64,000 bases of DNA from Octopus vulgaris. Lineage: Eukaryota. Location of the stretch: positions 91,016,001 through 91,080,000 of the forward strand of contig OX597822.1 in assembly GCA_951406725.2 (NCBI GenBank), read 5' to 3'. Below are positions 61,421 through 64,000 of the stretch, in pieces; position 1 is the stretch's first letter; every line of letters starts with the position of its first letter. Under the pieces are notes generated by a model that did no database searches, was not told the DNA's origin, and saw only the letters and a list, made by a program, of their open reading frames with translations. The position numbers and the translations under genes were made by a program.

Positions 61421-63004
61421 TTTTCTAAAAAAATGTGTTCTTCTACAAAATAAAAAGATGATATTTACAAAAAATGTGAATCACACTTTTGTGTGAGTTC
61501 AAAATCTAGATTGCTTAGCTATTTGAACAAGTAAATGTTCAAACTTTCTATTTGGGTACCTCTTTTTGTCCAACTCAACACCACCTTTGCAAAAAATTAG
61601 CACTTTAAAATTTCAGTTTTACCTCTACCCAGCCAATTTCTTCGTGTTTCACGTTTTTCAGAATTCCTGTGGGGCACAATACATAGAAAATGTTTTTTAT
61701 TACTATGTTTGTACTATTGGAATTTATGATTTTGCAAAATATTTTTTCAATTTCAACTCACCCTTCACACTTTTTCCTTTTTAACATGTCTAACTTGATC
61801 AATCAGTGTGTAAACCTTGATTGATGAAATCTGAATTTTTTTTTACAAAATAAAAAAATATATATTTTGAAGTTACTGGTTCAAAAGAATTATGGTGGGA
61901 AATTAGGTGCTGGTGGATTTAGTATTAGTTAGCTAACATTTAATTAGTTAACATCTTGATTGTTTGATTGACCAAGCGGTTAAATGATTACTCAACTAAT
62001 AATGATAAAAGTGAAATAGAACCAGTGCATATGGTGGGAGAGGCATAACTACCTTCTCAAGGTGTACCAAAATATTTTTTATTATGAACTTGAATTTAAT
62101 GTTACCTTCCTGTTAAGTATATTCCCATCAGTTGAAAATGTTCAATATAAGATAGCCTGTTTTTATTGAGTGTCCAAACTTATATTACACCTTCTTGACC
62201 ATTGGTTAATATGCAGTTAAAATCCTCAAAGTCCCTACAGATGCTTCTCCTCACAATAAAATTGTTTTGCAAAATTGTAAATTCCAATAGCACAAACGTA
62301 GTAATCCAAAGCATTTTCTACATGTTTTGCATAATGGCGGTGCCACAGCTCGTGAGCTGAAACTAGAATCAATCAATCATATGAAATCTGAAGAAATTGG
62401 GTGGGGTAAAATTGAAATTTTGAAATGCTGGTTTTTGCCAAGGGTATAGGGTGGTCTCAGTCTCGAGTTGGACAAAAAGAAGTACTCCAATAGAAAGTTT
62501 AAACATATACTCGAGAGAAAACAAAGCCTATGTAATCCGAATTCCCACCATATGAAGAACATATGTAGAAAATTTTATTTAAAAATATTCATTTTTCTGA
62601 AAGTTATGAGGAAACAAAAGTTGAGGGGGCACACTTGTGTAGGAGTGGCTACAATGTAGTTAGTTGGAGGTTTGGCTGTTATTTCTAGCATGTGGAGAGA
62701 TTAAATAGGCTTTGAAGCAATGTGTGGGTTGGAAAACCCTGGCACGTAAAAAGCACCCACTACATTCTGAGTGGTTGGCATTAGGAAGGGCATCAAGCTA
62801 ACCCTGGCACGTAAAAAGCACCCACTACATTCTGAGTGGTTGGCATTAGGAAGGGCATCAAGCTGTAGAAAGATTGCCAGATCAGATTGGAACCTGGTGC
62901 AGCCACTGGCTCTCCAGACCTCAATTAAACCATCCAACCCATGCCAGCATGGGAAATGAACATTAAACAATGATGCTGATTGGCACAAGGACCAAAAGGG
63001 TTTT

Positions 63005-63077
63005 GAAACTGCTTCCCAACCACATGGTTGGTCCTGCATAGCACCTTGGGCAAGTGTTTTCTACTATAGCCTCAGCG

Positions 63078-63108
<31 letters not shown>

Positions 63109-63240
63109 ATTTGTATGTCTGTGATTGTCCCCACCACACACCATCATTTTGCAACCGATGTTGGTGTGTTTACATCTTTACTGTGGCAGTTCAGCAAAAG
63201 TATCTGATAGAATAAGTACTTGGCTTGCAAAGAATAGATC
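63005..63240 (+). mobile_element. Decayed SINE family A copy
   Basis: CTTCCCAACCACATGG...GGGCAAGTG...(TA/TG)n...GATAGAATAAGTAC. Confidence 0.7.
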
Positions 63241-64000
63241 AGTACACTGTTGATGGGTGGTATGCAGCAGTGGCCATATATAGTTTTGCAAGCTTCATAA
63301 GTGATGGGGAAGCGAAATTATATGAAAAGTACAATAGTCAGGCTTATGTGATACTTAGAATATAAGGGCGGTTGCATAATGTCCCTTTAATCAAGGTATG
63401 AAGCGGGCCTGAATTTGTCAGAAAATGTTTTGTATATAGAATATTTTTAATGCTGAGTATATATTATAAAGAGTGACATGTTTCATCTTTGTGAATATGT
63501 GTGTGCGGGTGGCACGTAAAAAGCACCCACTACACTCACGGAGTGGTTGGCGTTAGGAAGGGCATCCAGCCGTAGAAACACTGCCAGATCAGACTGGGCC
63601 TGATGAAGCCTTCTGGCTTCACAGACCCCAGTAGAACCATCCAACCCATGCTAGCATGGAAAACGGACGCTAAACGATGATGATGATGATGTGTCAGTAT
63701 TGAGCTTGTTAGATTTTATTGTATAGATGTGGTATTGAGAGAGTGGCTAGCTGGGCTGTTTGAAAAGGAGACCAGTTAAGTACCTCTTTTGGCTCTGCAT
63801 TTCAGGTTAACCTTTTACCACAGTATCTTTTTATGTAGCAGTCATCCTTCATTACATACCTATACCAAGTTCTCTCTTGCACACTACATCTGATTTTCCT
63901 TATAATCATTTTTTCTTGCAGTTCAGTTGTACTGTGGTATTTATGCACACTGATATTGCACATTTATTGGAACACGATTGATTCATTTCTTTCTGGCTTT

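Noticed and set aside
63760-64000. Possible intronic snoRNA or RPL37A exon 3 after the ttcag/tgcag acceptor-like sites
   Set aside because: No eL43 sequence in any frame, and no convincing C/D or H/ACA structure could be established.

Overview
Eukaryotic, AT-rich, repeat-dense animal DNA. The SINE, RTE-tail and microsatellite repertoire resembles a coleoid cephalopod (octopus-like); that taxon is inferred, not shown. Two host genes can be read on the + strand. (1) A multi-exon gene (4859 to about 40977, possibly 42061), mostly invisible in the ORF track. Manual splicing of 11 GT-AG exons gives a phase-consistent 1635-nt frame encoding the C-terminal part of a MIB/HERC2 domain, four CUB or CUB-like modules, an S/T-rich stalk, one transmembrane helix and a short tail. 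Its 5' end lies upstream of the window. It has one in-frame TGA at an apparent CUB Trp position, and one expected CUB exon looks decayed. (2) The 5' part of ribosomal protein gene RPL37A: TCT/TOP start, ATG-only exon 1 and a 129-nt exon 2. Its intron 2 holds a ~2.4-kb foldback and Helitron helicase remnants. The rest is transposon debris: Gypsy, L1/Tx1-like, R4/Dong-like, CRE, RTE, CR1/L2-like and Penelope-like retroelements with minimal hammerhead-ribozyme motifs and foldbacks, several mariner/Tc1/maT copies, a hAT MITE, a solo LTR, non-autonomous Helitrons and many tRNA-derived SINEs. All domain and family calls come from reading motifs by eye; no database search was run.
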